This document shows, one piece after another, positions 11,993 through 25,900 of a stretch of 64,000 bases of DNA; position 1 is the first letter of the stretch, and each line of letters opens with the position of its first letter. Position numbers and translations under genes: made by a program. The notes below the pieces were generated by a model. It made no database searches and was not told the DNA's origin. It worked only from the letters and a program-made list of their open reading frames with translations. Source of the stretch: Vicugna vicugna (lineage: Eukaryota); NCBI GenBank assembly GCA_013265495.1, contig MU058687.1, positions 1,986,001-2,050,000 on the forward strand, written 5' to 3'.

Positions 11993-12156
11993 AAATATAC
12001 ATACATAGGTGTATATGTGTAAATATATATATTTATAGGTAATATATGAAAATGTATATTTATGTATATACGTTTATGTAACATAAATATGTATATATTT
12101 ATATAAATATATGTATATGTATATGTAGTGTGTGTGTGTATGTGTATACATATATA
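11993..12156. repeat. AT-rich (TA/TG)n low-complexity microsatellite
   Basis: Degenerate TATATG/TATA runs ending in (TG)n. Confidence 0.85.
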
Positions 12157-12379
12157 CTACACCAGTAGGATGGCCACTGATTAAGTTTAACTAAAGATAA
12201 ACTCAGGAAAGGAGTTACTTTTCCTTAAAGAATAGAGATTACTTTTGTTCAGAATTGCCTTCAGCATTTGCTTCAATATAGCACTATCAAAAATATTTTT
12301 TTTCCAGTTTTCCCCCCTTCCTCCTCTCCTCTCCCCACCTCTAAACACACACACATGCGCACGCACACACGATGCTTTT

Positions 12380-12830
12380 TTCCTTCTCTGAATTGTTTGA
12401 AAACAAGAAGCAGTTGTCATGATATTTCACCTCTAAATACTCTAGCATGCATCTCTAAAGAGTAAAGACATTCTCCAAATAATCACAGTATGATTATCAC
12501 ATCTAAGAAATTTCATAATGATTGAATTTTCCCAGTTGTCCCCAAAATGTCTTTTATAGTTCCAGGGGTCCAATCAGAGTTCACACACTGTGTTTGGTAG
12601 TTCTGTCTCTTTTTAGTCTCTTTTAGTCTCTAAAATAATTCCAGTTCCCCTTCCCCTCAACACCTCCATCCAATACATTGACTTTTTTGAGGAATCCAAG
12701 CCAGTTGTTTTGTAGAATGTCTTATACTCTGAATTTCTCTGATTGACTCCTCATGATTAGATTGGAGGTTAAAGTTTTTTGGCAAGAATAGGTGGTACTG
12801 TGTACTTTTTACTGTATCAGAATGGTGTAG
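12380..12830 (-). mobile_element. Old L1MC-like 3' UTR fragment
   Basis: ccagttgtccccaaaatgtcttttata...cattgacttttttgagg..ccagttgttttgtagaatgtc motifs. Confidence 0.6.
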
Positions 12831-13052
12831 AAAGATATACTCAGACATACCTCACTCCCATCCTCATTCCTTCTACCGCATTCGCATCCATCTCCTATGG
12901 GTTACCTCTTTGTTAGTTTCTGCTTTATCCTTTCTATACTTCTCTTTGCAAAAAATAAGCATGTATATGTAAATTTTAAATGCATCCTTCTTTGTTTCTA
13001 TATGTTCAGATTCAGCAAACTGAGGCCCACAGACCAGCCACCTATTTTTATA

Positions 13053-14348
13053 CAATTTTTAAAGGTTACTTTCCATTTACAGTTACTACAAAATATTAGC
13101 TATAGTCCCTGTGTTGTACAATACACCCTTGAGTCTATCTTACACTCAGTAGTTTGTACTTCCCACTACCCCACCCCTAGTAACCACTAGTCTGTTCTCT
13201 ATATCTGTGAGTCTGCTTCTTTTTTGTTATATTCACTAGTTGGTTGTATTTTTTAGATTCCATATATACTGATATCATACAGTATTTGTCTTTCTCTGAC
13301 TTATTTCACTTAGCATAATGCCCTCCAAGTGTATCCATGTTGCTGCAAATGGTAAAATTTTGTTTTTTCATGGCTGAGTAGTATTCCATTGTGTGTGTGT
13401 GTGTATACCATTCTTCTTTACCTGTTCATCTGTTGATAGGCACTTAGGTTGCTTCCATATCTTGGCAATTGTAAATAACGCTGCTATGAACATTGGGGTG
13501 TATATATCTTTTTGAATTACTGTTTTTTTTCCCCAGGTATATCCCCAGGAGTGGAATTGCTAGGTCATATGATAGTTCTATTTTTAGTTTTTTGAAAAAT
13601 CTCCATAGTGTTTTCCACAGTGGCTGTACCAATTTACATTCACACCAGCAGTGTATGAGGGTTCCCTTTTCTCCACATCGTCGCCAGCATTTGTTATTTG
13701 TGTTCTTTTTGATGATGGCCATCCTGGCAGATGTGAGGTGATACTTCATTGTGGTTTTGATTGGCATTTACCTGATTAGCGATTTTGAGCCTTTTTTTCA
13801 TGTGCCAATTGGCTATCTGCATTTCCCCTTTGGAAAAATGTCTGTTCAGTTCTTCTGCCCATTTTTTAATTGGGTTGTTTATTTTTGGATATTGAGTTGT
13901 ATGAGCTGTTTATATATGGTAGATATTAATCCCTTATCAGTCATATCATTTGCAGATATTTTCTCCCATTCAGTTGATTGTCGTTTCATTTTTTCAATGG
14001 TTTCCTTTGCTGTGCAAAAGCTTTTAAGCTTAATTAGGTCCCATTTGTTTCTTTTTGCTTTTATTTCCTTTACTTTAGGAGACAGATCCAAAAAAAATAT
14101 TGCTGTGGTTTATGTCAAAGAGTGTTCTGCCTATGTTTTCCTCTAGGAGTTTTATAGTATCTGGTTTTACATTTAGGTCTTTAATTCATTTTGAGTTTAT
14201 TTTTGTATATGGTGTCAGAGAATGTTCTAATTTCATTCTTTTACATGTAACTGTCCAGTTTTCCCAGCACCACTTATTGAAGAGACTGTCTTTTCTCCAT
14301 TGTGTAGTCTTGCCTTTTTTTATCATAGATTAGTTGACCATAAGTGCA
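13053..14348 (-). mobile_element. 5'-truncated L1 (~1.3 kb) with a degenerate ORF2 C-terminus and 3' UTR
   Basis: ORF-track peptides 13444..13767 ([38 protein letters not shown]) and 13879..14091 ([16 protein letters not shown]) are L1 ORF2p; 18-bp flanking duplication (13035-13052 vs 14349-14366, 16/18 identical). Confidence 0.95.
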
Positions 14349-15039
14349 CAGCCACCTGTATTTATAGATCACATTTTTTGGGAACACAACTACACTCTAA
14401 ATCTACATTTAAAAATTTAGATCTCTGATCCATGTGGAATTTATTCCAGTGTATGGTATGATGTATAGATCCAGTTTCATCTTTTTTCTAAATGTCTGTT
14501 GTCCGAGCACCATTTATTTGAAGATCCATCTTCTCCCAGTGAATTTAGAAGCTACCTTCACTGTAGTCTACATCTGTGTTTGACCCTGGGTCTCCTTTTG
14601 GACTTGTTATTCCATTCCAGTGGTCTTTCCGTCTGTTCATATACCATTAAGTACCACACTGTTCCTTTGCTGAACTTAACACTGCTTTTTCATGTTAACG
14701 AGGAACAAGAAGATGACTTTGAAATAGGCTGGTGAGAGGTTTGTAGAGGAGCCCCATTCTTCTAAGTTATTAGGGGATTCTCACGTTTGTGTTACCTGGA
14801 ATTTATTTTGAAATATGGAAATAAGATAAATCCTATATCTGCTTCTTAGAAAAAGAGGATCTCAGGTGTTAATTCCTCAATGACGATATTAAAGTTTTTT
14901 CCAGATCAGGTCATTTTCCCCTGGGAGGGAGATGCTTTTCCATTTCCTGTGTTACCTTTCAAGGGATTCCCTTGGTCGCCTCCTCCATCTGGGGTGTAGT
15001 CCTGACCGCCTGAATGGTGGCATGCCCGGGGCGCAGCCT

Positions 15040-15875
15040 CCAGCCTCCTCTCTTCTCCTCTCCACGGATGCTCACTCTTGATGTGATCTCAGTCCAGTCT
15101 CGGGCGTTTTTCTATCACCTACACACTGATAACTCCAGGTTGTATCTCCCGCCCAGTCCTTCCCCTGAGCATCTAGCTGTCCACACCACCTTTCTGCTTG
15201 AATATGTCACTCAATCCTAATACGTCCTAATTGGTCATCTTAGTTTCCACCCTTTCCACCCTGTGCCCTAGCCTGCACCTCCCGCAGTCCCCTCACGTCT
15301 CCATAAATGGGCTCCATCTTCCCTGTCACTCAGACTCTGAACTTTTCCTGGACTCCTCCATCTGTCAGTAAATTGTGTTCCATCTATGGTTGAAACGCAT
15401 CTGTGTGCACACTGCCTGTGCCGCAGCCACCATCCTGTCCAGCATTGACTTGAGCAGGACCTCCTGACTGGTCTCCCCGTTCACCCTTGCCTCCCTCAGC
15501 CTCATCTCTGCAGAGCCAGAGTGACCTATTTAAGACGTAGGTGACATCTGTGCATTTTTGTCTGCTTAGAACCCTCCAGTGGTAGTTCCCCTCCAAAGTA
15601 AACCCCACAGTCTTTAACATGGCTTACCTGGCTTTACCTGACCTGACTCTGTATAAAGTAGCACCCTCGTCACTCTGTGTCCCTCATCTCCTGCTGTCAT
15701 GTGTCACCAGCTGGCATGTAGTCATATATGCGCACATACACACACACATTGTCTTTTTCTCACTACTGTGACGTCAGCTCTGTAACGGGAGACACACTCC
15801 TGTTAATATACCCCCGGTACTCAGCCAGGGCCAGTCCAAAATAAGCCCTCAGTGACTATTTATTGAATAAATGTA
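15040..15875 (+). mobile_element. L2 LINE remnant (RT region to 3' tail)
   Basis: tcacctacacactgataactcc (YADD-region remnant), ctcctgactggtctccc, tail tatttattgaataaatg. Confidence 0.7.
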
Positions 15876-16019
15876 CGAGCAGATCAGTACTTTTGGTTGC
15901 TCTCTTATTCTTTTCATGTGGAAAGTGGAGGTCCGGAAGGCCGGAAGGCCTGCTAGGGAGACGCTGCTCTCCATGAAGGGCCCCAGCAGCTAAGCTGGGG
16001 CAGCGGCGTGAGTGCTGAC

Positions 16020-16640
16020 GGGAGAGGAGGCTGGAGACATTCTGGAGGTCATGTTAACAGAAGTGCCGTTGGTTGGATGCAGGGCAGAGGGGGAAGCAGA
16101 GGGTCGCTGCAGGGTACCTGGCTTCCATGACTGGTCGGGCGGTGGTGCCGTCAGATAGGGAGGGCAGGAGGAGAGGCCTGACGTGGGGCCGGCGGTGGTC
16201 CCCGTAGATAGTTTCCACAGTGTGGGAGCCTAGGAGAGAGGTCAAAGAAGAGGTGCAATTTGAGTCATCTGTACAAAAAGAAGATGGGACAGAGCCTTGG
16301 ATTTGGCTGTTTGGAGGTTATTAAGGGCCTTTGAGAAAGTGATCCCAGTGATTTGTGTTGGGGCAGAGGCCAGATTCAGCGGGTTGGAGAAGGTGAAAGT
16401 GAGGAACCGGGGACAGTGATTTGAAAGAAAGGAAAGCCACGGGGCAGTATTTGGAAGAGGGGGCGGATCTGCGTGAAGACTTGTGTGTGTGATACTTGAT
16501 TATAGATGAAATGAGGGGGTTTGAAGGAGTAGGAACCTGGAGGGAAAGGGTCAGACCTTCCAAGAGACTGTTCAACCTTGGACAGAAAGAGGCAGGGACA
16601 GTTTCCCTCCAGGACATGAGTGAGCTGGGAGGGGCCGGAT
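16020..16640 (-). mobile_element. L2 LINE remnant, antisense
   Basis: Purine-rich L2 reverse motifs (gatttggctgtttggaggttattaagggcctttgagaaag..ggcagaggccagattc). Confidence 0.55.
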
Positions 16641-17242
16641 AAGTTACCAAGAAAGGCGGCGGGGAGGGGGATTTGGGGGAATTGCACTTTGAATTGGGCT
16701 CTTTTTTTTATCTTTTTTTGAAGTAGAAAGGCAAATTGACTGTTGAGCTTGTTGGAGTACAGGAGGCAAGCAGAACAGATGTGAAACAGAAAGAGGAAAG
16801 GAGGTGATTAGCAGGTGATTATTGGGCTGCACAACGTGAGCTCCTGCTGTTTGCTGGGCGCCCCATGGAGTCCAGGGTGTAAGTGTGCTCCCTGCCCTGC
16901 ATGGGCTTGGATTCCAACTGGGGAGATGAGGCGTTGTCATTCACAAAAATCAGGAATGGCAGAAGGAGCACTTTGTGAGAAACTAGTGGAGTGGCCAACC
17001 CTGGCGATGTGATGTCAGAGGAGAGAGGAATCAGTGTTCAGGGGGCCCCTGACCGAGGAGATGGGGCTCAGGCTGGGGGAATTCTGATGGGCAGAGAGGA
17101 TCATGAGAGATTTTGTTCAAGGATTGCTGTAGGCATGAGTGGGGAGCAGTAACTGTACCGTCAGTCTGGTTAGAGCAGAGAATTCACACTAAAAAATAGT
17201 GTCCTCACCTTAAATTCTTTTGAGATGTGATAAAAATGATAT

Positions 17243-17578
17243 TGTCTCAGTCAGTTCAGGCTGCTGTAACAATACCACAGATGAGGTGGTTTAAACAACA
17301 AACATTTATTTCTCACAGTTCTGGAGGCTGGAAGTTGGAGATCGAGGAGTCAGCATGGCTGGGTTCACCTGGCCTTCCTTGGTGCGTACACACGGAGAGA
17401 GAGTTCTTATGTGCCTTCCTCATTTTATAAGGGCACTAATCCCATCACAGGAGCTCCCCACTCCTGACCTCATCTAACGCTACTAATTCCCAGAGACCCT
17501 ACCTTCAAACACCATCATATTGGGGATTGAGGTTTCAACATGTGAATTTGGGGGACCACAAACATTCCATCCATAGCT
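17243..17578 (-). mobile_element. ERVL-MaLR solo LTR, MLT1A-like
   Basis: tgtctcagtcagttcaggctgctgtaaca...atttatttctcacagttctggaggctggaagt...tttcaacatgtgaatttggggg..acaaacattc..ccatagc. Confidence 0.88.
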
Positions 17579-19269
17579 ACATCTTATATGTGAATTACAC
17601 CAATCCTATTGGGTAGGTTCTAGTTTCTAAGGTAGGGACCCCTGTACAAGGGAGGGAGGAGAAAAGTGAGGCTCACAGAGGTCTATGGCTATGATGTTGC
17701 CAGTGGGAGAGTAGGAGGGCTGTTTACTGATCTCACTGAGGAGCCCACAGCCAGGGGATGTGAGTTTCTGGGACACCTTTGTTTGTTTGCACAACAATGC
17801 CCAAGACAGAGAGCAGTGTGTCACCCACCTCACTGGCTAGAGATGTTGGCTGCCGGAACTCAGACACTCACCCATGAGCCACAGGAAAGGGCTGTATTCC
17901 AAATTGCCTGGTACCTGCATCACTACCTGTTCCCTCCCCTGGCATCACAGCCATACCTATGCCAAAGATCCCACCGTAGAGCCTGGCTGTCCTGGGCTCT
18001 GAAGTTGCCCGAGGTTGTAGTTGGTGGGTCACTGACTTGGCCGTGGGGAACAGAGCTGAACGAGGGTCAGCCAGACTTGGGAAGGAAAGGTAGTCTGATT
18101 AAGTTTTGTCTCAAAGTGTCTGTTTTTGGGTTTGTCCCTGCATTGATCTGCAAGGGAATGAGGCAAGTAATGGCCCCTTGGGGACTTTCAGGACTTTGCT
18201 CTCAATGTCAGCCGTCATTTTCAATCACCCTCTCCCTCCCAGCCATTAATTTTGGCCCAGGATCATGGGGACTTGTCCATCTATCACTCCTAATTGACAC
18301 TAAATGATCTGTCAGTTTATTGATGAACGGCAGGAGTGGAATTGTCACAATATATTTTACTTTCTAACAACTCCTCCTGACAATTTTACCTTGTCCATCT
18401 CACTCTCCTCACATAAATCTCCATTGGCCGCTCATTCCTTCTCCTGGGCTGTTCTGGTGCCAGCCACTTCCACACCATCTGCACGCGTCAAGGACATCAA
18501 GATGGCGGGAGAGCAGCCGTGTGCTGGTCCTGAGCTTGCCCCCTTCCCTCCTCCTTCTCTCTTTCCCGCTTGCTTTTTTTTTTTTTAATGGCGGAGATGT
18601 TCCAAGAATACTAAAGGACTTCTGTCCTCCCCCTCTGTGTCATTGCCATACCAGAGTCTCCTTACCTTCTTGTTAGCGGCGAGTAGTTAATTCTTATTAG
18701 GCTACAGGAGTGTGAAAGGCAAAAATTCACAGAGCTGCGGGGCTCCTAGATCTGTAAACACTGTGGCAGACACATGTTTTCTTCTCTTAAACCAGCCTTG
18801 CTACAGGCTGTCCATCCCCGAAGAGGTCAGTTTCTTAGGAATGTGCCACAGAGGGTAGCTGAGCTGGAGCCTCCCGACTGGGGTGCTGTGTGCTGCCCTG
18901 TGAGTGCAGGTGTGCCCAGATGGGGGTGCTCTGCCCTTGGACCTGCTGGGCCAGGCTTAGAGCTGCCAAGGCCCCTGAACTGTCACCAGTAGCCACAAGC
19001 AATCTCACCGTCTACCCCAGATTTCCATTCACTTGTTATTTTTAAGTACCCCCAAAAGGTGGGGGGTACACAGTTACTTCATTTTAAGAAGGTTTACCTG
19101 TGCATGTGAAAAACCCTTTCTCCTTTACGAGGCCAAGGATGAGTAGAGGAGCTTGAGAATGTATAAAAATGTCATTGCCCTCCTCCCTCCTCCCTCTCCT
19201 GCTGGAGGTAATTTTTGTTAACTGATAGGGACTGTTTTTGTTTATTAGCCGTCATTCCATTATCATGCC

Positions 19270-19910
19270 TATCAAAGTTAATAATGATTCCTTCATGTCA
19301 TCTGATACCCGGATCATGTTCAGTTGCTTCCATTGTCTCAGAGATGTCTTTTTATAGTTGATTGTGAAAAGGGCGAATCAAGGTCCTCACCTGTATTTAA
19401 TCATTAGGTGTCCTTAGTCTCTTTCACTCTGCAGCATTCTCCACCCACCTCTTTTCCCTCCGATGCCATTGATTTTTTTTTTTTTTGAGAAATTTGTCCT
19501 GTGGAGTGTCCCACATTCTGGACTTGGCCTATTGCTTACTAGTCTTGGTGTCTAGCTGGTTCCTCTGAAAACCACATTCCCTGTGAAGCTGGGAGTTAGA
19601 CCCTGATGGTTAGACTCAGACTCACCGTTTCGGCAGGGATGATTTGGAGATGGTGCTGTGGGCATCCTGCTGCGCTGCATCCGAAGGCACAGGTTTCCTG
19701 GGGCTCCACTTTAATTGATCCTTGGGCTCAGCGGTGTGGTCTCCATGTTACGTTCACAACCAAATCCTACGTCGTGGTCCAAGTGGCCACTGATGATTGT
19801 TGACATGATTTCATTAAAAGGTATCAAATGATGATTCTCTAATTTTCACTTATTAACAAAAATTCTTTCATGAAGAACTTTCTCTCATCAACTATTTGGT
19901 TGCCTGAGAA
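19270..19910 (-). mobile_element. Old L1MC-like 3' UTR fragment
   Basis: Same motif family as 12380-12830 (gtctttttatagttg..aatcaaggtcc..ttgtcctgtggagtgtcccacattctgga). Confidence 0.55.
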
Positions 19911-22900
19911 TTCAATTTATTATACCTGTAATCCTGTCTTTAACCCCCTCCAGTTTTGTTTTTTTTTTTAATTTCAAACTTAGGAAAAAGTTGGGAGAAT
20001 AGTTAACACACAGCCTTCCCATTGTTAATGTTTACTGCCTGGGGCTCTTCCCTCATTCTCAGGTTTTTTGTTTTTATTTTTTACTAAACTATTTTGGAGC
20101 TGCAACTGCCTTTGCATTTACATTACTCAACTAGTAAGTAGTTACTTTGCAAGAGATTTTTGTCTACATTGTTTGCATCTGGGTCTGTAGGGGTTGGTAT
20201 ATATAGGTACTCAGAATGTATCTGATCATTGAGTGAATTTTGGACATTTCTTACAGATCTCCCATGATTAAAAAGGGACCAGGTATCTCTGAGTCCTTGG
20301 CTCTCAGATTTTCATCAATAAATACAATTTTGTTTAGAAGTATTGAGCATTTATTTTCCACATGCTGCCCTGAGTCACCCAGAATCATTATACATGGCGG
20401 AGTCCTGGGCGTAACAGGTGAACAGTTACTTGGTTCTCAGCGAGATGGGTCAGGCATCAGAGATGAGTGTCCAGTATGGGGTGAAATCGGGTGAGGCGGT
20501 TGCCCGTGAGATGGTTGAGAAGGGAAGGTCTTAGCTGGTTTATTGTACATCCATCTCCAACAGCTGTGCCCAGGGCTTGGGCACCACATCCCTGTTTCTG
20601 TGGCTTTTGGAGATGCCCATGAGAGCCCCTGGCTTGAACTTCTGTCTCAGCTTTATCATCCTTGCTTCCGCCAATGTGTATGCTTTTCTTCCACGTGGCT
20701 TCCAAGACATGACAGATTCAGAAAAAGTGGTTTCAGGGCCGACCTACAACGTATCTTTTTAACATACACATTTGTTTGTTCTATGTGGGTTCCCAGAGAG
20801 AAAATTCTTGCTTTGCTCTTGAGATGTTCAGAGCCTGGGCAGAAAGATGGCAGAGGATGATCGAGATACATTTTTTACCTTAATGAACTTAGAGAACTCA
20901 CAGGGGTTTTTTGTTTGTGTGTGTGTTTGCTTGTTTTTATAAAATTGGAATTTATGTTGTTTATCGCTGTAAATCATTTACGTTCATTAGGATCTGAAAA
21001 TGAAATCAATAATGCCCGAACCGTGTACACTGAAACAGCTAGTGAAAAAGAAGTATCCTCACTGAAGTAGGGAAAAATATATGATATGTTGAGCTCATTG
21101 TACCCTCATACCTTTCCTGTCTTCAGACACTTGTCGTGGTAGCTGTCAGGTAGGGAGGACTGAGAACAGGGCTGGATGACGGCAGGTCTTAGCTGAGCGC
21201 TCCTTTCCTGCTGAGCCCTGAGGTGTGCACAGCCGCAAGGGACTTCCTGAAAGTCACCCTCCCCCCAGCAGAGGTAAAGGGACACGTGTCCCACGTGTCT
21301 GCCGACACGTGGACATTGTTCTGTCCCTTGGCCAGCACATGCCACCAGGTCTAACTTGGATAGACAAACCCCATCTTGTAATGATGATATTCTGCCTTTT
21401 TGTGGCGTAAAGTCTGTTTGACCCGAAAGCTCCACTGTAACTAAGTGGAGAAAAGGGGAATCACTTCCTGATGGGGACGAAGGGGACTGGGAGAGAAAGA
21501 GAGCAGGGTGCAGGGATGATACAGATTCTAATGTTTTAGATATTGTGTAACTACATGCCATCTTTTGAGATGTTAAAACTCTTATTGAAATTTTAATTTT
21601 ATTTTTAAAAATCATAGTATAGAATTCAAAAGATAAAAAAGGCTGGGCTATGAAGTGGAAGTTTCTCTCTCCCATTCCTCCCAGGAAACCCAGATGCCCC
21701 TCCTGGAGGCAACCGCTGTTCACTAGTATTTTTTTGTTTCCTTCCAAAGATACTCTGTACATTTATAAAAAATATAAGTTAATGCATTATTTTATGCCCC
21801 CCTCATAAATAGTAACATATCTCTTCTGCATTTTTCTTTTATCCTAAAATGGTATTTCTTGGTGATCTTGCTGAGTTCCAGTACAGAGTTGAACTGCCTC
21901 ATTTTTAAGGTCTGCATAGTACTCCAAAACTTCCTATCTCAATAAAAGTAATCATGAGCAGACAATAGGTAGGATATTTTCCCAGGCTGAGAAAGCAGAC
22001 TTCCAGTGTTTATCTGTGTAATAGCCATAGCCTAACTCTTTGGAAAGTGTCATAAAGGCTTCCGATATGGTACATGTAGATTCCAAAGGCTGGGAAAGCG
22101 AAAGGAAGCATGCAGCAACCTTTCTCTCATTGAGGACGGGGAGGGGCATTTCAGCCACTTCCACTTGGGTGGATAAAAGATATGAAATAATTGGAATCTT
22201 ACAATTCTGTCAAGTGCCTCCCGATTGAAGCAGTCTGTTCCCAGAAGCCCCACGTGGAGTAGCATTTGGATACTTCCCTCCCCACTCTGAAAAGTGGAGC
22301 AGTCTTCCTGATGAGTGGCCCTAGTCAGCCCCTCCCTGGAGCAGGGGTGAGTTCCTGATGGCCAGGGAGGAGGGGCGGGGCGCATTCAGTGACTTGAGAT
22401 GAACTTGTTGCCCGTGCTCGTGCACCAGGGAGAGGACGGCTGAGGCCCGAGGCTACACAGCGTACAAGGGCTGTGTTTCTAGGGCCTAAATCAGTGGTAT
22501 CGCTTCCCAGTTGCCTGTGGGGAGCCCTGTTGGAAGATCTGCTAAGGACTGCAAAGTATTGGCTCCAATCCCCACCTTGCCCAGAGCCTGCTCCCAGCTT
22601 CCCTTCAGGCCTTCAGCTTCTCTTCACTAGTTAAGGCACCCTTGAGCTTTATTTTTGAGATTAAAAACCAGGAGTGTTCTGGAATGGGCTCTTAGTGTGT
22701 CCTGTGAAGGCTTTGACTTTTCAGTTTCTAGTTTTGCAGAAATGCACATTCTCCTGTGACTCGAGCTGGTCATTTCTTGAAACAGGGGTAGGATTGTAAA
22801 GGAGGAGGGTCTCTGAGGGCCAGGAAGGAACTGACAGGCCCACGAAGTCTCCCTTAAATAACACCAGCCAAAAAGCATGGTGCCCAATGGCATATTCCTT

Positions 22901-25900
22901 TGTCTCTCTGGATTATCACATAATGAAGAGGTCTAGAAGGTTCTGTCTAATCTGTCAAATTCTGGTGTCTCACATACCCTTGTTCTCTGTGCCTCACCAC
23001 CTTCTGTTTTGTGCCCTTGACCCCTGGGATACCTTGACCCCTGGTATAAAGCCTCAGCGGTTGCTCCCCGAGGGCCGTCCTGTTGGGGCCGTAACATGTT
23101 CACCCTTGGGAAGAGCAGCAGGGAGTGAAGGCACAACCCACGGCCTCTCAGCCTCCTCTGGGCCGCCTGTCTGACCCGAGAAGAAGGTGAGCACCAAGGA
23201 TGCAGCCTGCAGTTAGGGGCACGAGCCAAGGCCAGGCCTGTCCTGCCATTAAAAGGCCTAATTAGGTTCATCGTTAATTTCAGTTAGGCATTGGAAGTGA
23301 CCGTTCCTTCCAACCCTGCCGTGCCCTCCAAGAACTGGACCCTTTCCCAGCAGCCAGCTCGGGAGCCAGCTCTAGTTGCTGGAGCACCGGCAGCCCCGCC
23401 CCTGGCTTCTGGCCTGCGACTGCCCCACGAGGCAGTCATCCAGGAGGCTCCCGGCCCAGAGCGAGGTGCTCCGAGGGCCCGTTAGACGTGGCCGGGCATC
23501 TGCCAGGGAAGCCACTTCCTGAGCCCGTTTCTGGTCACCTCGTTCCTTAGGGCCACCCCTAAGCTGTCCCGAGGATTTGGGCCATCTACCTGTGTCCTGG
23601 TCCCATTTGCCACTCACTCACCGTGTGACCTTGGTGCAAGTTATGTGGACTCTTTGGACCGAAGTTCCTGCGGGATTTGGACTAGATGACCTCGGAGTTC
23701 CCCCTTCAGCTGTAGGATGTTAGGATTCTGGGAAATCCCAGATATTCAGGCCTCTGTACCCAGGATTTCTTTCCACTGAGCACTGACTGGGAGAGAGAAG
23801 AGAGGTACAGTGTCACCTGGTGCCACCAGCTCAGCATACTTGGCCTGTCTCTTCAGCGTTAAAACTAAGTGGTCTTAAAGGCCCTGTGCAGCTCAGAAAG
23901 TATGTTTGTCCTTCTGAAATGTGCTTTCTAGATGGTTGCTTGAAGCAAGTCATTTGGGTCCATGGATCATGGCCTTGAAATGAAACAGTTGACAAACACT
24001 GAGGCGGTGTCAGCCTCCCAGGCATGAGGCCAGTGTAGGAGGCATGGATATGCCCTAGGGTGTTTGGAACACGCAGAGCCGGGTGACTACAGCCTGGGAA
24101 GTAAAGGAAGTGGGTGGACAAGAGGAGGGCCCATGTGCAGGGCCTTGAACTCTAGGCATGTGCTTTATACTGTAGGGAATGGGGAGTTGACAGGTGTGTG
24201 ACCAGTGGTGCAAGGGACACATTATCACCCCCCTTCTGAATGCCTTATTGGTGTGTCACGATCTTGGGGTATTTCAGATATAAAAAGACATCCATTTCTC
24301 CCAGCGTGGAGTCCCCCGCTTAAGGGTCGTCTCAGCTCCTTCCTGCAGAGCAGGCTCTTCACTTTTAAGGGTAGATGAAGTTGTGGAGAAGGCCCTCTCA
24401 GCTTTTCCTCTGAGTCTGGCACCTTTTTTCCCAGCAGACTTTGGTGATGTCATTCATTCATTTCCTGCGAATTGCACACCTCTTGTATCTGGTTCTAGTC
24501 GTTGCTTTCGCTTAGGAGACCATGTATTAAGGTTGGTTTTTCCATAGGATATGTGTTCCTTCTCGATTGGAATGCTTTCTCATCTGCTTCTCGTTGTGCT
24601 GTATTAGTGAGGTTGCATTTGCTGGCAAGCAGCAGAGGGCGGGGGCTCAGTGACAGGACTGAGGAGGAGAAGGACGGCGTCTTGCACCCGGATTAGCGGC
24701 ACGGAGCGTAGAGACTGGAGTGGGAGTGGATGTGAGAGTGCCGAGCGCTGTGCCACCTGCTTTTGCGTGAATTAACATCTTGGTTTCTAACCACAACCCT
24801 GTGCGGCTAAATGTGGCCTTCTCACTGGTTTTGCAGAGTTTAAGTGACTTGCCCAAGAGCACCCAGCGAGCGATTGGTGACACTTGGATTTGAACCCTCT
24901 GACTCCAGCACGCATGCTCAGAGCCACTGGTTTTAAGCCAGTTGTTCACATCGGGACCAAGATCAGAGCCCAGCACCCACCCCGAGTGACCGAGCCCAGG
25001 GCCCTGAGAACAGAGGGCTGCTCTCTGAGGTGCCCTGTTGGGAGGCTTGGAGGGTTGGCGGATCCAGACAGACGCCCTCGCTCCAGCTGCTTGGAGGGAG
25101 AGGAAGTAGAGGGGGTGACAGGAAGCAGGAAGAAAGCAACCGGGGACGTTCTGGGTGGTACACTGTTTAGAAGAGGAGTATAGAGGGAAAGTACGGTTTC
25201 TCTACACAGCTTAGAGAGTTGTGGCAGATTTTGACAACAGCTAAAAAAAGAGAAGGAAGGACCAAGGAGGAAGATGTCTTAAATGCTTACGTGAAAAGAG
25301 AATTGGTGATAACTTTGTTGTCCTTAAAAATGATTGAATAAGGGAAGGTTTCTTTCTCCCTGCCTCCCTGCTTTGGTTTGTTTTCCTCCACCACATTGAT
25401 TTGAGGAATCTCTAAGCCAGCACATTACAGTGATTGAAATTTTAGGACTGGAGAATGTAGTTGTGGGCAAGGGGCTGCTTGGGAGTTGTCAGAATAGGAA
25501 ACGGTATTAATGGGGAACTGGCAGGGGTGGGGGCCGAGAGAGGCAGGGTCAGTGTCAGTCACAGAGCCAGGGAGGGACCTGAGAAGTCACGGAGTGTGGG
25601 CCCTTCGGTTTAGAGATGGAGAAATGAGGCATGGGGTGGTTAAGTGGCTCAGGTATAGAATCTTAAGAATTAGAAAAGCCCTCAGATGCCACCTTGCCCC
25701 GCTGCCCAAGGTCACACAGCTAATTAGTGTAATAGAATGTGCCTGGCGTTCTGCAGCCATGCCATCCTCAAACCTGAGAGCTGCACGCATTCATCTCCAG
25801 TTCATGAAAAGGCCGTGCACCGCGCTGTTTGTGCAGTAGCGAGTCTCTGAGAATAAAACCGTCTTTACTGCCGTCCTCCGGGACCCTCGCAGAAATGAGA

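Noticed and set aside
13444..14333. L1 ORF2-like peptides as a functional gene
   Set aside because: The element is 5'-truncated and broken into several frames.
17666..18307. 213-aa ORF on the + strand
   Set aside because: Non-ATG start, no recognisable domain, Trp/Cys/Leu-rich composition typical of chance ORFs, and intronic.
21106..21762. 218-aa ORF on the - strand
   Set aside because: It starts in an old L1M remnant and has no recognisable homology or exon structure.
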